Positions 16,078 to 26,697 of a stretch of 64,000 bases of DNA are shown one piece after another. The number at the start of each line of letters is the position of its first letter. The stretch's first letter is position 1. The notes under the pieces are model-generated. The model was not told the DNA's origin, searched no databases, and worked only from the letters and a program-made list of their open reading frames with translations. The stretch is from a virus: IMG/VR virus record IMGVR_UViG_3300042337_000526, positions 32,001 through 96,000 of that record. One strand, written 5' to 3'. A program made the position numbers and the translations under genes.

Positions 16078-17853
16078 ATGAAAATAAAATCAGATTGTTG
16101 TGGTGGAAAATGGGTAGTCAATAAAACACCAACACCAACCCAAACACCCAAACAAACAGTAACACCAAGCATAACAGTTACAGCAACGCCATCGTCAATA
16201 AGCGGTGACACTCCTACTCCAACGCCAAGCATAACAGTTACAGCAACGCCATCATCAACAAGCGGCGACACTCCTACTCCAACGCCAAGCATAACAGTCA
16301 CAGCAACGCCATCGTCAACAAGCGGCGACACTCCTACTCCAACGCCAAGCATAACAGCCACAGCAACGCCATCATCAACAAGCGGTGACACTCCTACTCC
16401 AACGCCAACGATAGGCAGTACTCAAACACCAACCAGAACAACAACCAACACTAACACACCCACCAAAACAATCATAAACACAAAAACGCCAACACCAAGT
16501 GTCACGCCAAGCATTAGTTTAAGCCCTACTGTTACTCCCACTATAACAAACACGCCCACTATAACGGTTAGTATTAGTCCAACAAAGAGTACTACTCCAA
16601 GCGTAACTCCAACGGTCACTACTACGGTAACAAACACCCCAACAGTAACTCCAACCATAACATCGAATTTTGCGCAACCAATAAACATAAAATGCATAAC
16701 CGATATGGGCAAGCAGTGGGGAATAACCTATAATGTAAGAGATTATTCTGTTGTGTATGGGCTAGATTCTGGAGCACAATGGAGAAACATAGCTTCTGAA
16801 GAATATCCTTATTCAATAGTTCAAACAGAAACAACCATAAAAAACTCAATTGATTTTGAAATAAATGAACCATTAATGATATTTGTCGCACAGACCACAA
16901 GTTCTTCTGATGGCATAACTGATAATTACATATTAAAACAAAAAACAATTAATAAAAATAATAAAAACATATTAGTTTTAGATTGTATAGATAAAAATAA
17001 AACACAAATTGAAAAATCAGATAAATTTAATTCTAAATATGCTCCTGCTAATTTTAATGTTTTAGTATATGGTTCTATGTGTGTTGTAGATTGGTCCTAT
17101 CCAATTGAAGCACCTAGTCGATTTGATACACCTAACTTGTATAGGCTGAATATGTCTAGCACAAATGATCTTTCAAAGATAAAACAAATCGACTCGTGGC
17201 TAACTGGAGATTTTGATCTAGAAAATAGTTTTATTATTAAACCGGGTGGTGGAGGTTTGAGCGTTCTTACATCGTTTACTGTTTTTTGTAAAAGGCCTGA
17301 TTATAATCCTAAAGCGTCTTTTATAACTGTGTTTGCAGACTATAATAGGCCTGTTGATTTAAACATACAAGATCCTTGGGATATGAATAATAATAATGGC
17401 AAAATTTGGCCTGCGGGGTCTTATGCTATTATATGGGGCGATAGTTCACCTTATGATACTGTATCAACGATTGCCCCAAAATTGACAACGGCCCCACTTA
17501 CATCGTACGATGGCAGGATTAGGATGGTGTGGAATGGATCATCATACAGAGTTGCTCAAATGATAAACATAAATGGAGTATGTTTAGATAATGATTTTAA
17601 TTATTATAGAATTGGAATGTATAAATATAATGCAAGTACTATGGAATATGATTTTTATAAAGCTGTTAAAATTAGAAAAACAGTATTAAATCAGATTTAT
17701 AGCTATGAATTTGACAACATTCTTAACGGACTTTATAAGGTGTATGTCTTTGCAGACTATAGCGTGGATGATGGTGCGTTTGGTGATAATATTGATCCAT
17801 TTTCAATAACATCTACCATAGCTTCTAATGTTTTTATTTATTCAGTAATATAA
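16078..17853 (+). CDS. Mucin-like Thr/Pro-repeat protein with a globular C-terminal region (putative virion fibre)
   Basis: KIKSDCC leader, about 185 aa of TPT repeats, then about 390 aa of unique sequence. Confidence 0.8.
   Translation: MKIKSDCCGGKWVVNKTPTPTQTPKQTVTPSITVTATPSSISGDTPTPTPSITVTATPSSTSGDTPTPTPSITVTATPSSTSGDTPTPTPSITATATPSSTSGDTPTPTPTIGSTQTPTRTTTNTNTPTKTIINTKTPTPSVTPSISLSPTVTPTITNTPTITVSISPTKSTTPSVTPTVTTTVTNTPTVTPTITSNFAQPINIKCITDMGKQWGITYNVRDYSVVYGLDSGAQWRNIASEEYPYSIVQTETTIKNSIDFEINEPLMIFVAQTTSSSDGITDNYILKQKTINKNNKNILVLDCIDKNKTQIEKSDKFNSKYAPANFNVLVYGSMCVVDWSYPIEAPSRFDTPNLYRLNMSSTNDLSKIKQIDSWLTGDFDLENSFIIKPGGGGLSVLTSFTVFCKRPDYNPKASFITVFADYNRPVDLNIQDPWDMNNNNGKIWPAGSYAIIWGDSSPYDTVSTIAPKLTTAPLTSYDGRIRMVWNGSSYRVAQMININGVCLDNDFNYYRIGMYKYNASTMEYDFYKAVKIRKTVLNQIYSYEFDNILNGLYKVYVFADYSVDDGAFGDNIDPFSITSTIASNVFIYSVI
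16161..16408 (+). repeat. 60-bp tandem repeat, about 4 copies (TPTPTPSITVTATPSSTSGD)
   Basis: Successive 60-nt lines 16201-16380 are nearly identical. Confidence 0.95.
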
Positions 17854-17861
17854 GGGCTGGT

Positions 17862-20800
17862 ATGAATAACAAAATTAAATCAAATTGTTGTGACTGTGTA
17901 ATAATTTCTCCAACACCAACACGCACACCAAGACCAACAGCAACACCAACAAAAACCCCAAAACCAACAGTAACTTCAAGTCGAAAACTTAAAGTTCCAA
18001 CTCCAACGCCAACCACTTCGCTGAGAGCAACAGTAACGCCAACAGCCACGCTAGGAGCAACAACAACACCAACAACCACGCTAAGAGCAACAGTAACGCC
18101 AACAGCCACGCTAGGAGCAACAACAACACCAACAACCACGCTAAGAGCAACAGTAACGCCAACAACTACGCTAAGAGCAACAACAACGCCGACAACCACG
18201 CTAGGAGCAACAACAACGCCAACATCAACATTGCAAAGAACAGCAACTCCAACTCTTACGGTCACACCAACAAAAACAACCGAATCATTGACATGTCCAC
18301 CTATAGATTCATGGCCTATGGGTATGGTTGGCTATCAAAGAGAGGCTGGTATGTCCATTGTTGGTTTAACATCTGGAGCAATAAGAACATCGAGCACAAC
18401 AAGAACAGAAGGACAATATCAATGGACATTTATCAAGGCTTTAGGACCTAATCCACAACAAGGAACAATTACTTCCGCAGAATTATTTGTTAATGATGCT
18501 GGCAGTAATAATATTCCGTTCATTATTGGAGAACGCATAACAGTATATACTATGGCTCTAAATATACAGAATCATAACGGAACATACTATTTACATAACT
18601 ATAGAATTATTGATTCGCCAGATGGTCAATTGGGAGAGATAACGGTATCTTGTAGTCAATTAAGTCAAACGACTTTAACACCAACTCCAACAGCCACGCT
18701 ACAGCAAACACCAACTCCAACAGCCACGCTACAGCAAACAGCAACTCCAACAGCCACGCTACAGCAAACACCAACCCCAACTAAAAGATCACAGTCAGGA
18801 GGAGCATTTCCAGCAGCTCCTTCTAATCTTGTTGCTCTGGAGGGTAACCTAGCAATTGACCTTAGTTGGGATGCTCCGGTCAGTATTAGACCAGGAGATA
18901 CAGGATATGCATTCGCACACAGAGTTAAAGGAGCAGCTAATTGGATATACTATGGTTATAACACTTTAAACGAAAGAAGAAAAATTATCACAGGACTAAT
19001 TAACGATACAGAGTATGAGATAAAAGTTGGAACAACTAGTGGCGGACCATTTGATAATGCTGTATGGTCAGTGCCAATATTTGCTACGCCAACAGCACAA
19101 AATATTCCGCCAACTCCGCTTAATCTAATCGCTCTTGAAGGCAACCAAGCAATTGACCTCAGTTGGGATGCTCCGGCAAGCATTAGGCCAGGAGATACAG
19201 GATATGCATTCGCACACAGAGTTAAAGGAGCAGCTAATTGGATATACTATGGTTATAACACTTTAAACGAAAGAAGAAAAATTATCACAGGACTAATTAA
19301 CGATACAGAGTATGAGATAAAAGTTGGAACAACTAGTGGCGGACCATTTGATAATGCTGTATGGTCGTTGTCAATCTTTGCTACGCCTCGTAGCGGAGGT
19401 GGCGGAGGATCATCGCCCATTAACGGTACTCCTAGTAATATAGATTCAATTATTGTTACTGATACATCACGATCATCCGTTATGGTTTCGTGGACGGTTC
19501 CAGTTAGCGCCGGGAGTTCTGAAATAACAGACTATATACTGGAATACAGTAGTAATAATAAAGCCTCATGGACAACCGCAAGTCGTCCAGCTGGAACAAG
19601 CACAAAAGCTGATATTAATTTAGGAAACGCTGTCTACTTTTTTAGAGTAGCAGCGGTAAATAAAGCGGGACGTGGGCAGTATTCGACAACTTCTGATGGT
19701 CATGCTAAGCCCAGCAAAGTTATTATTCCAACCACAAGACTTAATCCCGTAACAAAGATTTTTATGCTTTTACTAGGCAAAACTAACGACCTATATTTAG
19801 ACGATGATACGGTAGGATTTGATGAGCAACAGAGTTTACAACAAGTATTTAGTAATGCAACCCCTTTTGATGCCATGGAGCGACCCGACCGTTGGTTTTA
19901 CACAGATAAAATAACTCTTGGAAATCCCCCACTTAGATCTCTTTGGAGATTAACAGATGGGAAGACTGTAAATAGATTTTTTAGTATTAATGATATTAAG
20001 GTTGGAATGGGAGTTAGCGCAGCAGGTATTCCGTTCGGCACGACCGTTAAAGCTGTTGATATTTATAATAACAGAATTACTCTTAGCAAAGAGCTTCGTA
20101 CAGGATCACCTAATTTGATACTCACCGGTGGCGGAGATCCTAGTCCGGTAATAATTACTCTACCAGAAGCCGAAAGTAATTTTTATCAGAGTATTTATGC
20201 AACTGACACAACGGTATATGCCGGAACGAACACTGGTTTAAAAATATCTACGTTAGATGGACTTGGTTGGAATACTTTCACTACAGTTAATGGTTTAGGA
20301 AATAATGTAGTTAGAGACGTTTATGTTATTGATACTACTATCTATGCGGCAACCAATGGAGGTTTGAGTATCTCAAATGATAATGGATTAAATTGGACTA
20401 ATTTTACTACAGAAAATGGTTTATCTAGTTCTGTTGTGAAAAAAGTTTTTGTTGATAATAATAAAATTTATGTTGCAACAGCTAATGGGATAAGCATCTC
20501 TAACAATAATGGATTAAATTGGACTAATTTTACTACAGCAAATGGTTTGGGTAGCAATGAAATAAGAGATATTCAAATTATAAATAATAAAATTTATGCA
20601 GCAACCACCGCTGGGGTCAGTATATCTAGTAACGATGGATTAACATGGACTAATTCGACTACTTCTAATGGTTTAGGAAGCAATAGTATTCAAAAAATAT
20701 ATTGCGTACAGAATACTATATATGCAGCTACGGACAATGGACTAAGTATTTCTACTAACGATGGTTCAACTTGGGTTAACCGTAATGAATATGATGGATT

Positions 20801-22241
20801 AGCCGGAAATAAAGTTATAAATGTTTATACTAAAAATAATAAGGTTTATGCATTAACTGATAAGGGTTTTTATGATTCCAGTGACTTAGGTAATAATTGG
20901 AGATATGAAGGATTTGGGTTAAGCTATAATTCAATATATAATTCTAAAATTAAAGATTTTAAAGTAATAAGTACAGAAACCAAAGAAATTCCCAGACTCA
21001 CAGTTTATAGAGGTATTTCAACGAACTACAGAGGTCAGGTCGAAATCTCTTATGATACAGGAGCAACTTGGAAATCAACAGTACTAACTGATATCCAAAC
21101 TTTTAAAGTGATTGACAATTCAATTTTTGCAATTACCGATAAGAATTTATTACTTTCAAATGATGGTGGAGAAAGTTTTAATAGTTATTCTACGCCAGGA
21201 ATTTTAAATAGCAATTTATTTGTTGATAAAACAAAAATTTGTATATCATCTTTAAACGGATTGCATATTTCAACAGATAACGGGGTTAGCTTTAGCACTA
21301 AGACAATGAGTGATGGTTTGGGTTCTAATCTAGTACGAGACGTATATGCATCCGGTAATACTATTTATGCCGCTACTAGTAACGGCTTAAGCTTTTCAAT
21401 AAATAATGGTTTGACATTTGATAATATTTTATCTGATAGTAGTAACCCTAATGATTATAGTCTCTCTTCAAATAATATTCGTCGTGTATATTTAGATACT
21501 GTTAGACGCAGACTCTATATTCAGAACGACAAAGGTATACAAGTTAATGATGGTCCATTAGACGAAAATGGAATACCTTTACTAACTCTGGCTCCTCTGC
21601 TTAATGGAAATTTGCAAATAGAACTATTGAGATGGAGTACATTATCCGACGATACAGGAGAGTTATCAAAAAATTATTTTTATTCACAAAAATGGAGAGG
21701 ACCATATGCATTTTCTCCATCAGGATATTTACCGTACAACGGTGTGCTCAGCGGGACGGTCGATTTTCCCAAAGGAAGACCACAGCCTGTGCCTCCGTTA
21801 ATACCTATAATTAGGGCTACAGCAGTTGATCCATTATATCCATTTGATCCCAATAGCCACATTCCTGCAACAGCCGCAAACTATGCTACGGATTATCCTC
21901 CTCCTGTAATGGGTCCGGTTCCTGCTAAGCCGATAATTCCAATAAATGTAAGATGCTATAAACCATCAACAGCACCCTTATCAGCAGAGGTGTTATGGTC
22001 AACTGATAACTTTAATGACGTAAAAAGTTATTTTGTAGAATATAAAAATATAACACTCCAATCTAATTGGACAAGATATTCAAGCAATATTCCAAAATCA
22101 ACTAATGTTGGTATTTCAAGTTCAAGTGAGTCTTCAGTCAGAATACCAATAAACCACCTACATAAGTACATATTTAGAGTTGGAGCAACCAACGCTAAAG
22201 GACAGTCATTCGTCCAAGAGTCAAATATACTTGATCCATAA
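17862..22241 (+). CDS. 1459-aa mucin-like protein with FN3 domains and an Asp-box beta-propeller
   Basis: KIKSNCC leader, TPT repeats, FN3 motifs (LSWDAP...YEIKV; VSWTVP...YFFRVAAVN), and repeated SxDxGxxW Asp-boxes. Confidence 0.85.
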   Translation: MNNKIKSNCCDCVIISPTPTRTPRPTATPTKTPKPTVTSSRKLKVPTPTPTTSLRATVTPTATLGATTTPTTTLRATVTPTATLGATTTPTTTLRATVTPTTTLRATTTPTTTLGATTTPTSTLQRTATPTLTVTPTKTTESLTCPPIDSWPMGMVGYQREAGMSIVGLTSGAIRTSSTTRTEGQYQWTFIKALGPNPQQGTITSAELFVNDAGSNNIPFIIGERITVYTMALNIQNHNGTYYLHNYRIIDSPDGQLGEITVSCSQLSQTTLTPTPTATLQQTPTPTATLQQTATPTATLQQTPTPTKRSQSGGAFPAAPSNLVALEGNLAIDLSWDAPVSIRPGDTGYAFAHRVKGAANWIYYGYNTLNERRKIITGLINDTEYEIKVGTTSGGPFDNAVWSVPIFATPTAQNIPPTPLNLIALEGNQAIDLSWDAPASIRPGDTGYAFAHRVKGAANWIYYGYNTLNERRKIITGLINDTEYEIKVGTTSGGPFDNAVWSLSIFATPRSGGGGGSSPINGTPSNIDSIIVTDTSRSSVMVSWTVPVSAGSSEITDYILEYSSNNKASWTTASRPAGTSTKADINLGNAVYFFRVAAVNKAGRGQYSTTSDGHAKPSKVIIPTTRLNPVTKIFMLLLGKTNDLYLDDDTVGFDEQQSLQQVFSNATPFDAMERPDRWFYTDKITLGNPPLRSLWRLTDGKTVNRFFSINDIKVGMGVSAAGIPFGTTVKAVDIYNNRITLSKELRTGSPNLILTGGGDPSPVIITLPEAESNFYQSIYATDTTVYAGTNTGLKISTLDGLGWNTFTTVNGLGNNVVRDVYVIDTTIYAATNGGLSISNDNGLNWTNFTTENGLSSSVVKKVFVDNNKIYVATANGISISNNNGLNWTNFTTANGLGSNEIRDIQIINNKIYAATTAGVSISSNDGLTWTNSTTSNGLGSNSIQKIYCVQNTIYAATDNGLSISTNDGSTWVNRNEYDGLAGNKVINVYTKNNKVYALTDKGFYDSSDLGNNWRYEGFGLSYNSIYNSKIKDFKVISTETKEIPRLTVYRGISTNYRGQVEISYDTGATWKSTVLTDIQTFKVIDNSIFAITDKNLLLSNDGGESFNSYSTPGILNSNLFVDKTKICISSLNGLHISTDNGVSFSTKTMSDGLGSNLVRDVYASGNTIYAATSNGLSFSINNGLTFDNILSDSSNPNDYSLSSNNIRRVYLDTVRRRLYIQNDKGIQVNDGPLDENGIPLLTLAPLLNGNLQIELLRWSTLSDDTGELSKNYFYSQKWRGPYAFSPSGYLPYNGVLSGTVDFPKGRPQPVPPLIPIIRATAVDPLYPFDPNSHIPATAANYATDYPPPVMGPVPAKPIIPINVRCYKPSTAPLSAEVLWSTDNFNDVKSYFVEYKNITLQSNWTRYSSNIPKSTNVGISSSSESSVRIPINHLHKYIFRVGATNAKGQSFVQESNILDP
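18030..18240 (+). repeat. 30-bp tandem repeats (TPTxTL[RG]AT[VT])
   Basis: Repeated caacaaccacgctaagagcaacagtaacgc-type units. Confidence 0.85.
18891..19366 (+). repeat. Near-perfect internal duplication of an FN3 domain (297-bp period)
   Basis: 18891-19069 is identical to 19188-19366 (179 bp by direct comparison). Confidence 0.9.
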
Positions 22242-22268
22242 AATATATTTTTAAATTAGGACGATCTG

Positions 22269-24803
22269 ATGGCCAAAATAAATGTTTTTGATAAATCAGA
22301 ACCAGATAAAATTATTCCTAAAAAATCAAAGTTATTTTCTAACTGCTGTTCATGTGTCACGGATGAAAAAGAAGAACCAGTAATTTCGCCAACCCCAACT
22401 TCAAGTGTTGCTATTACTGCCACCTCAAAAGGAATACTAACTCCAACGCCAACCGCAAAAAATATACCAACTCAAACTCCAACAACGAGTATTACTCCCA
22501 GCCCATCATCATCATTAATTCCTTCTAGTCCAACACCAACCTCGAAATTGATAATAACGGCAACACCAACCTCAACATTTAAAATACCTTCTACACCAAC
22601 AAAAACAGCAACGCCCACAAAGAGTATATCACCAACATCAACATCTCAAGCAACCCCAACCCCAACAAAAACAGCAACGCCAACAAAGAGTACAACCCCA
22701 ACCAAAAGTATCACTCCTACCAAAACAGTAACACGAACGCCCACAAAAAAACCAATAATTATTTCATCTCAACCTCTTTTTGACAAATCCTCTTGGTCAT
22801 CTGTGCCAGAACCATATTTAAGCTATTTAAATGAAGCAGCAGATCGATGGTCTAGGTATATAAAATATAATTCAACAACATACCAACTTATAAAAAATGA
22901 TTATGCTAAAAGTAACAAGATATGGAATGGACTAGCCTTAGATTTAACTAAATTTACTTTTTATAATGACGTATCAGTTACGACGATAGCATCATGTGGG
23001 CCGCTTGATGGATATGATTTAGACGATGGAAAAGGAATTAAATTTAATTCATCAACATTTCAATTAAAAATAAATAGTTATTATAGTGGACCATGGGTAG
23101 TAGATGGTAAGACGTATATTTTTAATGATAAAGATTGGATAAACATTATAACGCATGAGCTAGGACATGCTTTAGGTATTGGCATATTTTGGAGAAAAGA
23201 AGTAATATCTTATACAGATGGCGTACCACCAATAAATAATTTATTAGATGGAAGTGTATACACTAACGCTAAAAATGCTTATAATTCTATAACATCATTA
23301 ACTAGAACAAAAATACCACTAGAAAACAGTAGCGAAGACGGCGGCGTCGATGGACATTGGGAAAATTCTTACAGATTTCCATTAAATGGAGAACAAGTAT
23401 ATTATGGTTTATCAAATGAATTAATGGTAGGAGAAGTGTCTCCTGGAGCAACTAGAATAATTTCATCTTTAAGTATTAAAACTTTAGTTGATTTTGGTTA
23501 TGAAGAAGTATTTCCAGGGTCTAGCGAGGGAAAACCAACAGTAATATCTTCTGCTTTTAATCCATTCGGGTTGATGTCTATAGAAAATAATTTATCAACC
23601 ATTAAAATGAATTGCTCTTGTGAGTATAAACCAATAATTAAAAAACTAGCAAAAGATGATAAACAAAAAATTAATGTTGTAATAAAAAATACAGATTGGA
23701 ATATAAAAACTGAATGTGAACCAAGGTTATTTTCTAATTGTTGTGAATGTTCTGATCCTTTTATTCGTCCAAGTAGAACACCGCGGCCAACAATTACTCC
23801 CACAAAAACCCCGAAACCAACAACATCTCCAACCAGAACACCAACTAAAACAGCAACGCCAACAAAAAGCATCACACCAACTAAGACAACAACGCCAACC
23901 AATAGCATTACGCCAACTAAAACAACGACACCAACTAAAACAGCAACACCAACAATCACAGTAACGCCAACAGCCACGGTAACACCAACGGTCACAGTAA
24001 CGTCAACTAAAACAGCAACGCCAACAAAAAGCATCACACCAACTAAGACAACAACGCCCACCAATAGTATTACGCCAACTAAAACAGCAACGCCAACTAA
24101 AACAGCAACGCCAACAAAAAGCATCACACCAACTAAGACAACAACGCCAACCAATAGTATCACGCCAACTAAAACAGCAACGCCAACAACCACAGTAACT
24201 CCAACAGTCACAGCAACGCCAACAGTCACAGCAACGCCAACAGTCACAGCAACGCCAACAACCACAGCAACGCCAACAGTCACAGCAACGCCAACAACCA
24301 CAGTAACTCCAACAGTCACAGCAACGCCAACAGTCACAGCAACGCCAACAGTCACAGCAACGCCAACAGTCACAGCAACGCCAACAACCACAGCAACGCC
24401 AACACTCACACCAACGCCAACAGTCACAGCAACACCAACAGTTACAATAACGGCCACAAATACGCTAACTCCATCAACAACACTAACAGCAACTCAAACA
24501 AAAACTCCTACTCCAACCCTAACTCCAACGTCAACAGATACTACTCCCGTATTGCCAACTTTTGTTGCTTGTGATAATATAAATAATATAATAGATAATC
24601 CATGGGATCCTGCTAATTCCTGCGATGCAGCAATCGATAATGGCCTAGTGTTTAATATAACATTACCTGTCAATAATTATATTTATGGAATTGATGATAC
24701 TATTGTTTTCTTAGCAACCTATAGTCAAATACAACCAGACACATTAATTAATATGGTAGCAAGCTTATATACAAGATATTACACTCCAAAAATATGTGAA
24801 TAA
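22269..24803 (+). CDS. Mucin-like protein with a central leishmanolysin/M8-like zinc metalloprotease
   Basis: HELGHALGIG (HExxH), a downstream GHWE and NELM (Met-turn), flanked by two TPT tracts that are each preceded by LFSNCC. Confidence 0.8.
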   Translation: MAKINVFDKSEPDKIIPKKSKLFSNCCSCVTDEKEEPVISPTPTSSVAITATSKGILTPTPTAKNIPTQTPTTSITPSPSSSLIPSSPTPTSKLIITATPTSTFKIPSTPTKTATPTKSISPTSTSQATPTPTKTATPTKSTTPTKSITPTKTVTRTPTKKPIIISSQPLFDKSSWSSVPEPYLSYLNEAADRWSRYIKYNSTTYQLIKNDYAKSNKIWNGLALDLTKFTFYNDVSVTTIASCGPLDGYDLDDGKGIKFNSSTFQLKINSYYSGPWVVDGKTYIFNDKDWINIITHELGHALGIGIFWRKEVISYTDGVPPINNLLDGSVYTNAKNAYNSITSLTRTKIPLENSSEDGGVDGHWENSYRFPLNGEQVYYGLSNELMVGEVSPGATRIISSLSIKTLVDFGYEEVFPGSSEGKPTVISSAFNPFGLMSIENNLSTIKMNCSCEYKPIIKKLAKDDKQKINVVIKNTDWNIKTECEPRLFSNCCECSDPFIRPSRTPRPTITPTKTPKPTTSPTRTPTKTATPTKSITPTKTTTPTNSITPTKTTTPTKTATPTITVTPTATVTPTVTVTSTKTATPTKSITPTKTTTPTNSITPTKTATPTKTATPTKSITPTKTTTPTNSITPTKTATPTTTVTPTVTATPTVTATPTVTATPTTTATPTVTATPTTTVTPTVTATPTVTATPTVTATPTVTATPTTTATPTLTPTPTVTATPTVTITATNTLTPSTTLTATQTKTPTPTLTPTSTDTTPVLPTFVACDNINNIIDNPWDPANSCDAAIDNGLVFNITLPVNNYIYGIDDTIVFLATYSQIQPDTLINMVASLYTRYYTPKICE
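23810..24530 (+). repeat. 18-bp tandem repeats encoding TPT[KV]T[AV] hexapeptides
   Basis: Many copies of acgccaacagtcacagca and acgccaactaaaacagca. Confidence 0.9.
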
Positions 24804-26697
24804 AAGGAAATTTATGACTCAAGATCTGTACTTATCAACTAAAATAACAATTAAAATACCAAATGATCCAATATTTAGTGGCACATATACTTTTAGTAGA
24901 AATCAGTCTACTAACAAATGGGAATTAATGACCGGGGCAAGTCTTCCATTGTACGGCCCAGGGTGGCCAGATCCTAATGTTAACACCCTTTTATTTGACA
25001 CTTCTCTGCCAAAGTATTCGCATGCTGGTAATCCCCTTAATAATACATATCTTATTAAATTAAATTCAGTTTTTGACGCTGGCGCATCGCCTTATTATCC
25101 AGGATATCTTGAAACATTGGCAAAATATAACGACCTAAGTCCGGAAGCAGGATTCACTTATACAAGTGGATTTGCTTGGCCAGCACATTTTATTATGACA
25201 GCCATAAAACCACCGTGTTCCAGTTGCTCTGATTATCAAAGCGGATATGGAGATGGGGCCAACAGACCATCAGGATCGGGACACAGACTTGTTGTTGGTT
25301 TTTCTCTTCCTTTAAGATATAGAGAAATAACTCAAAATTGGATAGTTGTAGACTACCCTGCTCAAACAGAACCAAACAGATATCATGCATTAAGCGGTAT
25401 TAATAATAGTAATGTTAATACATTTAATTATATAACAGGAGTGCCCCCAATAATAAGTAACTCAAATGGGGATTTCTGTCAGATAAAAGACTTTAAAACA
25501 ACAAATAATCCACTGTTTGATCCCAATCCCAATAGCTTATTTGATCTGTCTGTATCTGCTCCTACTTCAGATTTACAACTGGTATGTACCGGAATTAAAG
25601 ATATTGGATTTGCTTTTAGGTCCAGTGGAAGCGGATTAGGGTATGCTAGTCCATCTAATATTGAAACTAATATAATAGACGGTTGGGGAGACTTTAGAAA
25701 TAACTTTTATGTTGCGTCAGATTCATATGCTACAGATACATATGATGGTAATGGTAGATATTTTAACGGAGCTTTTTATGATAAAGTTAGTGTAGACGCA
25801 TCTGTAAAATTTTACAGTTCTTGCAGAGTAGGAGTTGCCTGTGAAGCAATCATACCTGATGCTCCCCATAGTGTTACTGGAGTTTTGTGTGTTACTAGCT
25901 CTCAAATTTTTGCAAACTCAGAATGTAACGGGAGTGAAATAGATAATTCTTATATAAATAATTACAACTCTAACACTAATTTAAATACTGTTGATGTTTT
26001 TTTTATTGGACCATCTGGATTCTGTCCTTGCATAAAAAGACCATCATCCTCGCCTCAGGACTATATCATATATGAGTCTGTAAACCAAGAGACTTTAAAG
26101 GTTAAGATACCATATGCCGGATCATTACAGTATAACAGTCTTCTGTCTTGGATAAAGGATGATTTTGCGATTATTAAGCCTTATGCCGGGATTGGATTAT
26201 TAAAAAATCTTTCAAATATAAATAATTTATGTTATAATCAATATCCTGTTATTGATGTTTCTTGGAATTTTCAGTCTAATGCTACTAGTGGAAGCATAAT
26301 TATTAAACCAACAGACATAAGAATAAAATATCCAAGAATATCTGTAACGGGGGCAAATATTAGCGTATTAAATGGCGACTACTCTTGGGCTGATAATCAT
26401 CAGTCATTTATTAAGTATGTTTACGATGCCGGTGGCTCTCAGATTATTAATTCTTTAATTATTAAAAAAGTTAATGAATCATATTTAAGCAATACATACA
26501 ACTATGTGCTAGGTTCTGGATCTTTTGCTAATTGTAATGATAAAATACCATACTCATTTAAATCTTTATATTTTTTACCTAATCTTTCACCCGGAGTTTC
26601 TCCGTTATTGAATACTCAACAATATCATTTATGGTCGAATAATCCTCCAACAACCTACGGTCTTAGTCCAGTACCGTCATCTATTGCTAAATTATGA
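24796..26697 (+). CDS. Large hypothetical protein, probably structural
   Basis: 633 aa, S/N/P/G-rich with several Cys pairs and no PT tract. Confidence 0.7.
   Translation: MNKRKFMTQDLYLSTKITIKIPNDPIFSGTYTFSRNQSTNKWELMTGASLPLYGPGWPDPNVNTLLFDTSLPKYSHAGNPLNNTYLIKLNSVFDAGASPYYPGYLETLAKYNDLSPEAGFTYTSGFAWPAHFIMTAIKPPCSSCSDYQSGYGDGANRPSGSGHRLVVGFSLPLRYREITQNWIVVDYPAQTEPNRYHALSGINNSNVNTFNYITGVPPIISNSNGDFCQIKDFKTTNNPLFDPNPNSLFDLSVSAPTSDLQLVCTGIKDIGFAFRSSGSGLGYASPSNIETNIIDGWGDFRNNFYVASDSYATDTYDGNGRYFNGAFYDKVSVDASVKFYSSCRVGVACEAIIPDAPHSVTGVLCVTSSQIFANSECNGSEIDNSYINNYNSNTNLNTVDVFFIGPSGFCPCIKRPSSSPQDYIIYESVNQETLKVKIPYAGSLQYNSLLSWIKDDFAIIKPYAGIGLLKNLSNINNLCYNQYPVIDVSWNFQSNATSGSIIIKPTDIRIKYPRISVTGANISVLNGDYSWADNHQSFIKYVYDAGGSQIINSLIIKKVNESYLSNTYNYVLGSGSFANCNDKIPYSFKSLYFLPNLSPGVSPLLNTQQYHLWSNNPPTTYGLSPVPSSIAKL

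Noticed and set aside
18891-19366. Duplicated FN3 segment considered as a DGR template/variable repeat pair
   Set aside because: The core copies are identical rather than differing at adenines, both are coding within one ORF, and no reverse transcriptase is present in the window.
16050-24457. Minus-strand Val/Gly-rich ORFs (16050..16391, 16422..16712, 17834..18265, 23498..24457)
   Set aside because: They are antisense shadows of the ACN/CCN-rich TPT repeats, have no RBS, and lie entirely within plus-strand genes.
16161-24530. Tandem repeats considered as a CRISPR array
   Set aside because: The repeats are contiguous, in frame and coding, with no unique spacers and no cas genes.
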